From NCBI GenBank assembly GCA_034506395.1, contig JAPDPQ010000003.1, positions 162,818 through 226,817 on the forward strand: a stretch of DNA of 64,000 bases, written 5' to 3'. Numbering within the stretch: the stretch's first letter is position 1; every line of letters begins with the position of its first letter. Made by a program: the position numbers and the translations under genes. This DNA is from Candidatus Zhuqueibacterota bacterium (GTDB lineage Bacteria > Zhuqueibacterota > Zhuqueibacteria > Thermofontimicrobiales > Thermofontimicrobiaceae). Shown here piece by piece: positions 31,894-42,524 of this stretch. Under the pieces are notes generated by a model that saw only the letters and a list, made by a program, of their open reading frames with translations, was not told where the DNA came from and did no database searches.

Positions 31894-32160
31894 TCATTCA
31901 CCTGGCTCTGCGCCATTGGTTCGACCAGTCAGCTCATGAATCCGATGCACAATGGTATCAGGCAGATTTGCCGATAACACAATATGATCGCTACTCGTGA
32001 TGATCACCGATTTGGTCTTTTTGCCCATAGTAGCGTCAACCAATTTCCCATTCTCTCGAGCATTTGTAATCATATTTTTAATCGGCTTTGAATTTGGTGC
32101 TATGATGGACACAATCTGATCTAGATTCACGTAGTTCTTGAAACCAATACTGATCATCAT
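31894..32160 (-). CDS. DUF370 / RemA-like protein
   Basis: IGFKNYVNLDQIVSIIAPNSKPIKN...SVIITSSDHIVLSA matches the RemA/YlzA family; same position as ylzA in the Bacillus yloC-ylzA-gmk operon. Confidence 0.75.
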   Translation of the reverse strand: MMISIGFKNYVNLDQIVSIIAPNSKPIKNMITNARENGKLVDATMGKKTKSVIITSSDHIVLSANLPDTIVHRIHELTGRTNGAEPGE

Positions 32161-32429
32161 TGTTTTCTTCCACAACTTTGAATTCCACGGTTCATGTGAT
32201 TGAAGCGATCTATTGATCTACTCATTTATCAGCGTGGCAGCGCCCAGATAATCCCCTCCACCAGACGAATCAGTCTGGAGGGAAATTCTCGAGCCGCAAA
32301 AACGATCAGCCTCTCAACAGCAGGGACATTATTTCCTGATTCGATGCATTTCACTTGCAACATCGCGCCCCAAATTATCCCCTCCAACCACATGCCAACA
32401 CCGAATCGCTGCTGGACCTCTGCACAGCA

Positions 32430-33311
32430 CTACTCGATGTTCTGCACCTGCTCTCTGATTTTCTCCACTTCTTCCTTGATCTCTACCACAAGATGGGCGA
32501 TATCTGCATGATTGGCTTTGGCACCGATGGTATTTGCCTCCCGAGTCATCTCTTGAAGCAAAAAATTAAGTTTCCGACCGACCACATCTTCCGACACCAT
32601 CACATCGAGAAACATCTTATTATGGCTGTGAAATCGAACGCATTCTTCAGTCACATCAATTCGATTGATCATCAATGCGATTTCGGTCTCCAATCGCGCC
32701 TCATCAACCCCTTCGATCGGCAGAATGGCCTGAATCTGTTGGCGCAGCTTGGCTAATTCTTCTCCCATCCGACTTGATGAAATTGCCTCGATCTGAGCAA
32801 TACGTTTATCCAGCAGTTGAATTCTACCTTCAAGATCCTTGGCTAGTTCCTGACCCTCGCGACGCCGCATTTCTTGCAAATTCTCCATCGCAATGATTAT
32901 CGCTTGCTCGATCGCGTGCCAAATAGCTTCATTAGCCCCTGCTCCCTCTTCATAGCTAATTATATCTGGAAATTGGAGCAAGTGCTCTAACTTGATCCTT
33001 CCCCGAATCTTGAATTCTTTTTTTAATTGCTGAAGCAATTTCCAATAAACTCGGGCTGGCTCGCGGTTGATTACCAGTCCCGCACCATTCTCTTCAGTGT
33101 TGAGTTTTAGCCCAACATAAACATTGATCCGGCCGCGCGTCACATAATTTCGAATGATGTTCTTGACCTCTTGCTCATAATGAAAGTAGTTGCGCGGCAA
33201 TTTCATCTGGACGTCAAGAAATCTGTTATTAACCGAGCGAACTTCTGCCACAATCTCACATTCTTCATTCTTCACCTCGCCTCGGCCATAACCAGTCATA
33301 CTAACAATCAT
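32430..33311 (-). CDS. yicC: YicC/YloC family endoribonuclease
   Basis: N-terminal MTGYGRGE, full-length YicC_N plus DUF1732 arrangement; 293 aa. Confidence 0.88.
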   Translation of the reverse strand: MIVSMTGYGRGEVKNEECEIVAEVRSVNNRFLDVQMKLPRNYFHYEQEVKNIIRNYVTRGRINVYVGLKLNTEENGAGLVINREPARVYWKLLQQLKKEFKIRGRIKLEHLLQFPDIISYEEGAGANEAIWHAIEQAIIIAMENLQEMRRREGQELAKDLEGRIQLLDKRIAQIEAISSSRMGEELAKLRQQIQAILPIEGVDEARLETEIALMINRIDVTEECVRFHSHNKMFLDVMVSEDVVGRKLNFLLQEMTREANTIGAKANHADIAHLVVEIKEEVEKIREQVQNIE

Positions 33312-33452
33312 ATTTTAGCCGTTGTCTATCATCAATAATAAATAACAAATTAAATTTAGTGCTAAGTATACAAATTTTTTTTGAATTTGTCAAATCTTTT
33401 TTTGAGCTTTTCTTTTTTTTTCTAAAGGGTTATCTTCCGGCCCACAAAGAAA

Positions 33453-33474
33453 AAAGGTCTTTATTAAGACCTTT
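33453..33474. terminator. Perfect 9-bp hairpin (aaaggtctt-tatt-aagaccttt) flanked by an A-run and a T-run; a bidirectional terminator-like structure in a 610-bp gap
   Basis: Seen in sequence. Confidence 0.35.
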
Positions 33475-33924
33475 TCATCATTCCAGACACCACATATAGT
33501 AGCTGAAATCGTTCCGGATTCTATTAGGGGAGCAATTCTGCAATCAGAGACTGGTGAGCGAAAAATTTTTTATTTCACCTGAAATTCCAGCAAACCAAAT
33601 AAAATGCAAAAATCGCTCCCATAAAACCGATACCCAGGTACAGAACCGATCTCTAGAGATTCATCTTTCGGATGATTTCGGTTTTTTATGGGCAACCATT
33701 TCTGGTAGATTAGGAGCTTAATTCTACAAATTCAATTCCCAGGGACCTCCTTATTTAACTTTGCGGATGTCTTCAGACAATGAATAGATTATAGAAAGTA
33801 ATGGAGCAATGAAAAAACTTAGATCACCACATCAATTCACCTGTTTATTATTCAATCTTGGCATCGTTTGTATGTTTTGATCAAAGCTATCATTATAAGC
33901 GCTTTTTCAGCACGCAAGATCAGT

Positions 33925-34974
33925 TTATTTGCGTCGGAATTTTTGTTCCTCAAGTGTCAAAATTAAGGAGATGCGATGCGTGTTCCCAAGATCCTGGTGG
34001 CTTAGAAACGCGTAGTCGACATTGAGCCGGGGAAGCTTAATCCCTATACCAGCGGTAAAATGACCAATGTCCCAGCCCGCTCGCATAGCAAGCATTTGTC
34101 GAAATCGATATTCGGCGCCGATATGGAAATCAAAACTCGTTGGTCCCAGATGTGATTGTGCTGCATAGCGACGATTCTCGAATCGCACATCGATATCGAC
34201 GGCAGGGATAATTTGGCCAGAAATGATTTTGTTCGTCCAGAAATAGGCAATCCCTAATTTCGCTGTTGGAATAATTGCCTCCTGCCGACCAGTGTCCCAC
34301 ACCAGCAAAGTTGTAGTGAGATCTTGCAAATTGAAACCTACATTCAAATTCGGCAGCGCTCGCCAGAGACCAGCAATATCAAATCCCATGCCCCACGCGG
34401 AATTTTCACCGATGCCCTTATGCAACATTTTCACATTACCGCCATAATAGAAATTTTCACTGTGTCGAATGCCATAGCTCAAATAGATTGCATATTGGGC
34501 CGAATTGAAATAAAAAATTTTATTGGCATCAATGGTTTCCGTTGGATCGATTTTGCCATTCCCTTCGCCTGGATCGCCTGTATTAGGAATGCCATCGAGG
34601 CCATAATCGAGAAGCGCGTCCGTGGTATTGGGAATATCATCCACCGCCAATCGGATCAACGATAGCGAGATGCCGCTCAAGGTTCGCATAGGGAGCGAGA
34701 CAGCAGCGTAGTTATAATTCACCATCCTTGCAAATTGCTCTGCGTACATGCCCGCTAATTGAGGGTATTCGAGCTTTGCAAGGGCGGCCGGGTTCCAATA
34801 TCCAGCGGTTATATCCTCGGATATGGCCACAAAAGTACCCCCCATGCCCAATGCTCTTGCCCCAACCCCAATAGACATGAACTCGCCGGCATATTTCGCT
34901 TTCACAATTTTCCCTGCTATACTGCTCATCGGATTGAACAGCAACAAAACCAAGATTAATGACAAGATCCGCAT
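33925..34974 (-). CDS. Outer-membrane beta-barrel protein, FadL/PorV-like
   Basis: Signal peptide; SIGVGARALGMGGTFVA...YWNPAAL motif; ends ...ILTLEEQKFRRK. Confidence 0.55.
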   Translation of the reverse strand: MRILSLILVLLLFNPMSSIAGKIVKAKYAGEFMSIGVGARALGMGGTFVAISEDITAGYWNPAALAKLEYPQLAGMYAEQFARMVNYNYAAVSLPMRTLSGISLSLIRLAVDDIPNTTDALLDYGLDGIPNTGDPGEGNGKIDPTETIDANKIFYFNSAQYAIYLSYGIRHSENFYYGGNVKMLHKGIGENSAWGMGFDIAGLWRALPNLNVGFNLQDLTTTLLVWDTGRQEAIIPTAKLGIAYFWTNKIISGQIIPAVDIDVRFENRRYAAQSHLGPTSFDFHIGAEYRFRQMLAMRAGWDIGHFTAGIGIKLPRLNVDYAFLSHQDLGNTHRISLILTLEEQKFRRK

Positions 34975-34976
34975 AT

Positions 34977-37601
34977 TTAATTCTCGCTGATTAGCTTTTT
35001 CAGTTCATACAATTTATTCAATGCATCGATTGGGGTGAGACGATTGACATCGAGCTTCTTGATTTCCTCCACCAATTGTTGTTGTTGCTGGGCAAAGAAA
35101 TCGAGTTGAAGCTTTGCTTCTGGATGTTTTTTGTTCTGGTAATGGCGCGCCAGCCGCGGCATTTCATTCGGGGTCAACTCATCGGCTTCAAGGTTGGCCA
35201 ACACCTCTTTGGCTCGCTGTATTACCTCTTTCGGCAGGCCAGCTAATTGAGCAACTTGAATGCCGTAGCTGTGATCGCATCCCCCTGGGACGATCTTCCG
35301 AATGAAGATTACCTTGTCCCCCCATTCCTTGACCGCTACATTGTAGTTTTTTACACGTGGGAGTATCAGAGCAAGTTCCGTTAATTCATGGTAATGGGTA
35401 GCGAACAACGTTTTAGCAGCGACGCTTGAGTGATTGTGCAAATACTCAGTCACCGACCACGCGATCGATAATCCATCGAATGTGCTGGTTCCGCGGCCGA
35501 TTTCATCCAGCAAAATAAGACTTTTCGGGCTCGCATTATTTAAGATATTGGCGGTCTCGTTCATCTCCATCAGAAACGTGCTTTCGCCACCAGCTAAATT
35601 GTCCGAAGCCCCCACGCGGGTAAAGATTTTATCCACCAGCCCGATCTTCGCATGACTGGCTGGGACAAAGCTGCCCATCTGGGCCATGAGGACGATCAGC
35701 CCTACCTGGCGAAGGTAGGTTGATTTGCCCGCCATATTTGGGCCGGTAATGATCCAAATTTGATCGGTCGTGTTGTTCAAATGGACGTCATTTGGCACGA
35801 ATGATTGGCCTGCTGGGAGCAATTTCTCCACCACAGGATGACGACCATCCTTGATGACGATCTCATCATCGGTCGTAATGATCGGTTTGCAATAGTGATT
35901 ATCACGTGCCACTTGAGCCAGATTCAACAGGCAGTCTAATTCGCCAAGCAGCGTCGCATTCTGTTGAATAGCTTTTACGTTTTGCGCCACCAATTGCCGC
36001 ACCTGATCGAATAGCTCAAATTCAAGATTGATGATTTTTTCTTCGGCGCCGAGCACTTGTTCTTCATATTCTTTTAACGCTGGGGTGATGAAACGTTCAG
36101 CGTTGACGAGAGTTTGTTTCCGAATATACTCATTTGGGATTTTGGCCAAATGAGGATTGGTCACTTCGATATAGTAACCGAATACTTTGTTGTAATTCAC
36201 TTTTAAAGATGGAATGCCAGTGCGTTCGCGCTCCGAAGCTTGGAGCCGGGCGATCCAATCCTTTCCCGAAAAAGCGATCTCGCGCAATCGGTCCAGTTCC
36301 GCATGATACCCCGTACGGATCAATCCACCTTCTGTGGTTGCCAGAGGTGGATCATCGACAATCGCCCGTTCGATCTCATCAACTACGGCGTCAAGCGGTT
36401 GTAAGTGTTCGCGAATGTGGACCGCATATTCCGACTCTGCAGGTGCCAGCTTTGCCTGAAATTCCGGCACGAGCTTCAGGGCAGATTTCAACGAGATCAG
36501 ATCCCGAGCATTAGCGCGGTTCGTGGTTACACGGGAAACCAGCCGCTCCAGATCGCCCAATTTCCCAAGCAGCTCCCTCAAATCCTGCCGCATGCGATCG
36601 TTTTGGTAGAACTCCTCTACAGCGTTCAAGCGGTATTCGATCGGTTTCTGCTGGTTGAGTGGGTTGAGCATCCAATTCACTAAGCGTCGGCCTCCCATCG
36701 CGGTCTTGGTGCGATCCAATACTGAAATCAATGTCCCTCGCTGATCCCGCTGCGTCAAGGACTGTACGAGCTCAAGATTGCGCTGGGTCGTCGGATCCAA
36801 TGTCAGGTAATCGGAATTGTAGCGTCTTTTGAGTTGAGTAATATGTCCCAGTTGATTTTTTTGGTTCTCTTTGAGATAATGTAGAATCGCCCCAGCCGCA
36901 GCAATGCCTGCATCCAGGTCCTCGCACCCAAAACCTTTCAGCGATGCAGTTTTAAAATGCTCAGTTAAAATTTCATACCCATAATCGCGGCTGAAAATCC
37001 AATCCTCCCTGGCAGTAAAAAATACATTTTCTGCGTTCAAGATTTTGGTTGCATAAAGGAGCTGCGTCTCTGCTACTACGATCTCAGCGGGATAAAGCGA
37101 TAGCACCTGTTCTCGCATTTTCTCCTTGGGGAATTCGGTCACAAAGAATTCCCCAGTTGTCACGTCCACTGCTGCCATACCACAAATCTCTTTCGCGAAT
37201 GCCAGAGCTACCAGATAATTGTTACGATTGGAAACCAGCAGTTCATCGGAAAACGTGGTCCCTGGAGTAACTATCTCCACCACATCGCGTCGGACAATAG
37301 TTTTGGCGGTTTTCGGATCTTCCACCTGTTCGCAGATTGCCACCCGATATCCTGCTTTGATCATCTTAGTGAGGTAGTTATCGAGCGCATGATACGGGAA
37401 CCCTGCCAAAGGAACATCCGCGGCTTTGCCATGAGCCCGCGAAGTCAGGGTGATTCCCAACACCTGCGAAGCAATCTTGGCATCCTCATAGAACATCTCA
37501 TAAAAATCGCCCATCCGAAAAAACAAAATGGCGTTTTTATGTTTCGCCTTAATGGCAAGATACTGTTCGAGGAGCGGCGTTGTGCTGGAATTAGCTTTCA
37601 T
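34977..37601 (-). CDS. mutS: DNA mismatch repair protein MutS
   Basis: N-terminal mismatch-binding domain (FFRMGDFYEMF), Walker A GPNMAGKST; 874 aa. Confidence 0.95.
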   Translation of the reverse strand: MKANSSTTPLLEQYLAIKAKHKNAILFFRMGDFYEMFYEDAKIASQVLGITLTSRAHGKAADVPLAGFPYHALDNYLTKMIKAGYRVAICEQVEDPKTAKTIVRRDVVEIVTPGTTFSDELLVSNRNNYLVALAFAKEICGMAAVDVTTGEFFVTEFPKEKMREQVLSLYPAEIVVAETQLLYATKILNAENVFFTAREDWIFSRDYGYEILTEHFKTASLKGFGCEDLDAGIAAAGAILHYLKENQKNQLGHITQLKRRYNSDYLTLDPTTQRNLELVQSLTQRDQRGTLISVLDRTKTAMGGRRLVNWMLNPLNQQKPIEYRLNAVEEFYQNDRMRQDLRELLGKLGDLERLVSRVTTNRANARDLISLKSALKLVPEFQAKLAPAESEYAVHIREHLQPLDAVVDEIERAIVDDPPLATTEGGLIRTGYHAELDRLREIAFSGKDWIARLQASERERTGIPSLKVNYNKVFGYYIEVTNPHLAKIPNEYIRKQTLVNAERFITPALKEYEEQVLGAEEKIINLEFELFDQVRQLVAQNVKAIQQNATLLGELDCLLNLAQVARDNHYCKPIITTDDEIVIKDGRHPVVEKLLPAGQSFVPNDVHLNNTTDQIWIITGPNMAGKSTYLRQVGLIVLMAQMGSFVPASHAKIGLVDKIFTRVGASDNLAGGESTFLMEMNETANILNNASPKSLILLDEIGRGTSTFDGLSIAWSVTEYLHNHSSVAAKTLFATHYHELTELALILPRVKNYNVAVKEWGDKVIFIRKIVPGGCDHSYGIQVAQLAGLPKEVIQRAKEVLANLEADELTPNEMPRLARHYQNKKHPEAKLQLDFFAQQQQQLVEEIKKLDVNRLTPIDALNKLYELKKLISEN

Positions 37602-37935
37602 ATAAAAGTACGATCAAATCCTCTCAATATGACTCTCTGCAAAGCCGAGAACTATTGATTAAACAAAATTAATTCTAGGAGGTCGAGATGAAGAAAAAAA
37701 TCAAAGAATTCATTAAAAATAAATCCTGATTCTTTCCTCGTTTTATCTGGTAATGCTTCCCGAATCCTATCTCTGGGATTTCTTTATTCAATGCATTTTA
37801 AAATTTCATCTGATGAAAATATTGGATCATCTTAATTCAGTGGGATCAAAGACCGCCTTTCACAGAAATGCTTTTGCATGGGATGATCGGAAACGAAAAC
37901 TCATTTAGTGAACAAATCATTTGAGCCATCCTATT

Positions 37936-38817
37936 CTAAACGGTGCGCCGATCTACCCCCCAGTTCAATTTGGCGCGCAACAGATCATAAAACGTTCGGT
38001 TTTTGGCTCGGATCCATTTGACTTTGTAATTGGCTTTGTGGATAAAGATCGCTGCACCTTCATTTTTCGTGAACTGATGGCTCACCTGCCCATCCACGCT
38101 GAGGGTTACAATTTTTCCCTCGAGATGAGGCACAACACGAATTTCACAATGATCTGGGATAACAATCGGGCGCACTCCCAATGAATGGGGACAAATCGGA
38201 TTGATGATAATGCAGTTCAAAGTCGGCACTAAAATAGGCCCGTAAGCAGATAATGAATAAGCAGTCGAACCAGTCGGTGTGGCGATAATAATCCCATCCC
38301 CTAGATAAGTGTTCAAATACTCTTCATCGATATAAACATCGATGCGGATCACCCGACTATAGCCGCCGCGATCGATGACCACATCGTTGAGCGCATAGCT
38401 GATCTTTTCACCAGATGACTGGCTAATTCTCGTTTCCAGAACCAGGCGCTCCAGAACGAGATACTCCCCTCTTAAAACATCATTCAGACAATGATAAAGA
38501 TCCTCTATCATGACCTCAGCGAGAAATCCCAATTTGCCCCCTAAGTTCACGCCCAAAATCGGAACACCAGAAGCCCCTACAACTCGGGCTGTCGCCAAAA
38601 TCGTACCGTCCCCGCCAAATGCAAGCACCATATCACACATCTGGCCTATTTCGTTCAATCTGGCGCTTTTCACTAGGGAATCTAAACTGAGTGAATTGAG
38701 CAAGTCCACATCGAGAATAAAGCTGCAGTTGTGCTGTTCCAACCATTGGATAAGCTCCGGGATTACCCCTTTAATCATGCCTTTGGTGGTATTGCCAGTG
38801 ATGCCGAATATCATATC
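37936..38817 (-). CDS. nadK: NAD+ kinase
   Basis: GGDGT motif, NADK family. Confidence 0.88.
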   Translation of the reverse strand, partial: DMIFGITGNTTKGMIKGVIPELIQWLEQHNCSFILDVDLLNSLSLDSLVKSARLNEIGQMCDMVLAFGGDGTILATARVVGASGVPILGVNLGGKLGFLAEVMIEDLYHCLNDVLRGEYLVLERLVLETRISQSSGEKISYALNDVVIDRGGYSRVIRIDVYIDEEYLNTYLGDGIIIATPTGSTAYSLSAYGPILVPTLNCIIINPICPHSLGVRPIVIPDHCEIRVVPHLEGKIVTLSVDGQVSHQFTKNEGAAIFIHKANYKVKWIRAKNRTFYDLLRAKLNWGVDRRTV

Positions 38818-39135
38818 CATGAGCCCCCGCTCATCATTTAATTGCACTGATCAAGCGCGGATCAGTGAATTACAAGATTCACTATCTCAGAGTTTGTCAC
38901 TTGTGCCCTTAGCTCCTCAGTGCTCTTCAATATGGCTGCCTGTGGTTCTGTAGCAATCGCATTTGTACAAAATTCTGCTGCATGAAAAAACGATATGAGT
39001 CCAAATCATAAGCTGCCTGGGGTAAATTTCTGACTTAACCCCATCCCTGTAAGCACTTTCTAAAAGGAAGAGCCCAATAATTGATCAGGACACGTATTAG
39101 TATCTGCCACACCTACCAGCCGCTCATCACTTCGC

Positions 39136-39348
39136 TCAGATGGCTTCAAGTTGAAATCCCCCCTCTGTTTTAACCAATTTTTTCAGTTTTTGTTCGGCTT
39201 GGTTGAGCTTCTCCAAGCAAAACTGAGACAGTTTCATTCCCTCTTCGAATTTGGCTAGTGTTTCTTCCAGCGTTAAATCACCTTGCTCCATTTGGTCTAC
39301 GATCTGCTCCAACTGCTCCATCGCTTGCTCAAAGCTTTTGACTGCCAT
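39136..39348 (-). CDS. xseB: Exodeoxyribonuclease VII small subunit
   Basis: 70 aa, FEQAMEQLEQIV...LEETL signature. Confidence 0.88.
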   Translation of the reverse strand: MAVKSFEQAMEQLEQIVDQMEQGDLTLEETLAKFEEGMKLSQFCLEKLNQAEQKLKKLVKTEGGFQLEAI

Positions 39349-39352
39349 GAGT

Positions 39353-40579
39353 TTACTCCTCCATCACTTGCTCGACTTTACCAGATATTTGTCCCCGATA
39401 GAATTGCACCCGAATTTGGTCATCGACCTGAAGCGAATGGGCATGTGTGACCACATGATGATCTTTGACGCGATAACAGATGCTATAACCCCGTTTCAGG
39501 ACCGACTCTGGGGCAAGCGCTTGTAGCCGATGCGATAAGTTATGAACCTGCTGGGATAAAAGCTGAATTCGATGCTCTGCGGCAAGCTGCAGGCTGTGTG
39601 TCAGCTCATCCAGTCGCTGTTGGTATTGTCGGACCAGATCTGGAGTCCTGAGAAAATTATAACTGGTGATCAAGCTGTTCAATTTATCCCGCTGGAGTTG
39701 GATGAAACTGGCGCACATCTCCACGATTCGCTTTCGATATTGCAGCACGCGATTCAGCACCTCGTTTCGATCAGGGACGGCTAACTCGGCAGCCGCAGAG
39801 GGGGTTGGCGCCCGCAAATCTGCTACAAAATCGCTGATGCTAAAGTCGACCTCGTGTCCCACAGCCGAAATAATTGGTATTTTCGAACGGAAAATCGCCC
39901 GCGCCACCGCCTCTTCGTTGAACGCCCATAGGTCCTCCAAGGAGCCGCCCCCCCGACCGACGATTAACACATCCACCTGGCCATATTCATTAAACTCATC
40001 AATGGCCATCGCAATCTCGTCGGCTGCGCCCTCCCCCTGGACTTTCACTGGTCGCAAAATAATTTCGATTCCAGGAAACCTTCGGTTCAATATGTTGACC
40101 AGATCTTGGATGGCAGCTCCAGTTGGTGATGTCACAATACCAATGCGCCACGGATAGGCCGGTAGCGGCTTTTTCAGATCGGCTCGGAATAGCCCCTCTT
40201 GCTGCAGTTTGTTCTTCAAGCGCTCGAACGCCATCTGAAGCTCCCCGATCCCAGCCGGTTGCATTTTGATCACGTCGAACTGGTAATAACCGCGCTTTTC
40301 ATAGACGGTCACCTTGCCCAATGCCAGCACCTTCATCCCATCCTGAGGTGTAAAAAACAATCCGATATTTCGGGACCGCCACATCACGCAAACAAGCTGG
40401 GAATCCCGATCTTTCAGCGAAAAATAAAGATGACCCGATGAATGGAATTTTAGGTTCGATATCTCCCCCATAACCCAAACAATGGGGATCGTGGTCTCCA
40501 ACAATAATTTGATCTCTCGGGTTAGCTCTCCCACCGAATAGATATGCTCGGGAGCAAGTTCGGAGTGAATTTCATCCAT
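39353..40579 (-). CDS. xseA: Exodeoxyribonuclease VII large subunit
   Basis: OB-fold N-terminus (VWVMGEISN...HLYFSLKD) and catalytic domain. Start placed at MDEIHSEL; the ORF extends to 40756. Confidence 0.85.
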   Translation of the reverse strand: MDEIHSELAPEHIYSVGELTREIKLLLETTIPIVWVMGEISNLKFHSSGHLYFSLKDRDSQLVCVMWRSRNIGLFFTPQDGMKVLALGKVTVYEKRGYYQFDVIKMQPAGIGELQMAFERLKNKLQQEGLFRADLKKPLPAYPWRIGIVTSPTGAAIQDLVNILNRRFPGIEIILRPVKVQGEGAADEIAMAIDEFNEYGQVDVLIVGRGGGSLEDLWAFNEEAVARAIFRSKIPIISAVGHEVDFSISDFVADLRAPTPSAAAELAVPDRNEVLNRVLQYRKRIVEMCASFIQLQRDKLNSLITSYNFLRTPDLVRQYQQRLDELTHSLQLAAEHRIQLLSQQVHNLSHRLQALAPESVLKRGYSICYRVKDHHVVTHAHSLQVDDQIRVQFYRGQISGKVEQVMEE

Positions 40580-41544
40580 CGATGATCCGTCCTGAAATTT
40601 TGGTAGCAATTCAGTAGTTGCTAAGGCTATGGGATTAGGGAATTGCGAACACTCTGGCAATTCTCGCGCGCTGAAAAAGCTTCTTGCTTGAGGTGCAGAA
40701 GCGATGAACCGTTTAATGTCATTCGACTCATGGTACCGGTTCAAGTTCAAAATCATTGGGGGCTGGCGTTTTTGGGCCGCGGGAAAACATTCCGGTTCAA
40801 CATTAGATCAAATCAATTGGCTATCTCATTAAACTTTTGAGGCCATGCAGTCATATTTCCATGCACGAAAGGGGGGCGAGACTCTTTCGTTGCTAAGGCT
40901 CATTCATGAGAGCGTTAGCTTTAAAAATTTTAAACCACGAAGACACCACCCCACAAAGCGCCCCACAGCTCACCTGAACAGTGGACGAAACTGCTCTTTT
41001 TTAAAAAGCGACTTGGCATCCATTCGACCGTCTTGAATATGGGATATCGATCTCAACCAGCATAATTCATCGAGCACACCAACAAATTGGTCGGACAGCC
41101 GGCTCCTCATGCAGCTCCAGAACGCGTTCCTATTGGTGAGTCTTCGTGGCAAAAAATTCGACACGATCCCAGCAGCGCTGTTATCTCAATTTCTTTTTAT
41201 GTCGATCTTTTCTGAGTCGCTTTTTGCGCTTATGCGTGGCAATTTTATGTCGTTTTCTCTTTTTACCGCTCGGCATCGGATTCACCTCCAATCTGCTGAA
41301 ATTTTATAGAGCTTTGCAAAATGAGCTATTCTCGAATGAAAATAAATAACGAAACCAGCCAAAAAACCAATATTCCTGATCGAATATAGATCAAAAGAGC
41401 TTTATCTCCCTTCAGGCATTTGGCATCACCTGAATGGCGTTGAATTAGTAATTTCCTTGAGAGTTGAAAATCAATATCCGCTGAAACCCGCCTCGGAACT
41501 GGCGGGGAAAAATTAGGGGGATGACAAATTGATAATCGCAATTA

Positions 41545-42318
41545 TTAATTGTTTTCGGACGTTTCACTTTTGGCCAGAACATATTCGGCGCCGGTAGTTA
41601 GATATTCCAGCAGATATTTCCCCTTATAAACCCTGATTTTCATGCCAAATCTGAGCGCCTGGCGTGGCCGGACCAGGTAGTTAATCCGCTTGATAATTCG
41701 AAAACCAACCTGCTGGATCATCTGCTCGAAATCGCAAATCCGAAGGCCAGTCTGGTAGTTGCGCCAATGCGCCTCCACATTCTGCCGTTCCACTCGCTCC
41801 AATAACCAGCGATAAACTCTGCCAGGAACTAAGTGAACGAACGGAATGTATTTCAGAACGGACCGCATCACTTGCTGATGCCCGCCGAAGGCTGAACAAA
41901 ATGGCGGGAATGTGAGAACGACGATTCCCTGAGGCGAAAGCATTCGTCTGATATTTTGCAGCGCCTCCACCTTACGGACGAGATGCTCAATCACATCCAA
42001 TATCAAAATCACGTCGAATTGCTCTGGAAGCACAAGTTGTTCGATATCTCCATGAATGAATCGAATCGATGAACCGCCCTTTTCCCGCGCATAATTAAAT
42101 CTATCCCAACTATATTCCAGGCCCGTACATTGATAACCAGCCTGTTCAAACGCCGTCAGGACGCCTCCTTCACCGCAACCAATATCCAACACCTGCTTCC
42201 CTTGGGCAAAGGGAGAGACGAAATGCTCCAAGTAATATTGACCAATCTGAACTTGATAGTCAAGATAGGCCTTTCGATCATGGTTGGCTGCCTGGCCGAA
42301 CCGATCTAAACGAACCAT
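41545..42318 (-). CDS. Class I SAM-dependent methyltransferase
   Basis: VLDIGCGEG motif I, DVILILDVIEHL motif. Confidence 0.75.
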   Translation of the reverse strand: MVRLDRFGQAANHDRKAYLDYQVQIGQYYLEHFVSPFAQGKQVLDIGCGEGGVLTAFEQAGYQCTGLEYSWDRFNYAREKGGSSIRFIHGDIEQLVLPEQFDVILILDVIEHLVRKVEALQNIRRMLSPQGIVVLTFPPFCSAFGGHQQVMRSVLKYIPFVHLVPGRVYRWLLERVERQNVEAHWRNYQTGLRICDFEQMIQQVGFRIIKRINYLVRPRQALRFGMKIRVYKGKYLLEYLTTGAEYVLAKSETSENN

Positions 42319-42524
42319 AAAAATTTCTCGCTAACCGATCATCCCACACAACCCACCGTTAACGCGCAGATCAACTCACAAAAATCTTTCCCACAGCGAA
42401 TGATTATTGCATTCTGGCATGAACTTTTGCCGAGCAGATCTGCCACGAGCTAGATCAACTCGAGTGGACTTCCTTGAATTATCCGAGGTTTCCTACAATT
42501 GTGCTATTTTGCACCCATTGATTT

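Noticed and set aside
40580-40756. N-terminal 59-aa extension of XseA
   Set aside because: The conserved XseA N-terminus begins at MDEIHSEL; the extension has no homology and is Ser/Pro-rich.
40970-41541. Short ORFs (63-71 aa) in the xseA upstream gap as genes
   Set aside because: They overlap one another in different frames, have no RBS, and have no recognisable domain; treated as non-coding.
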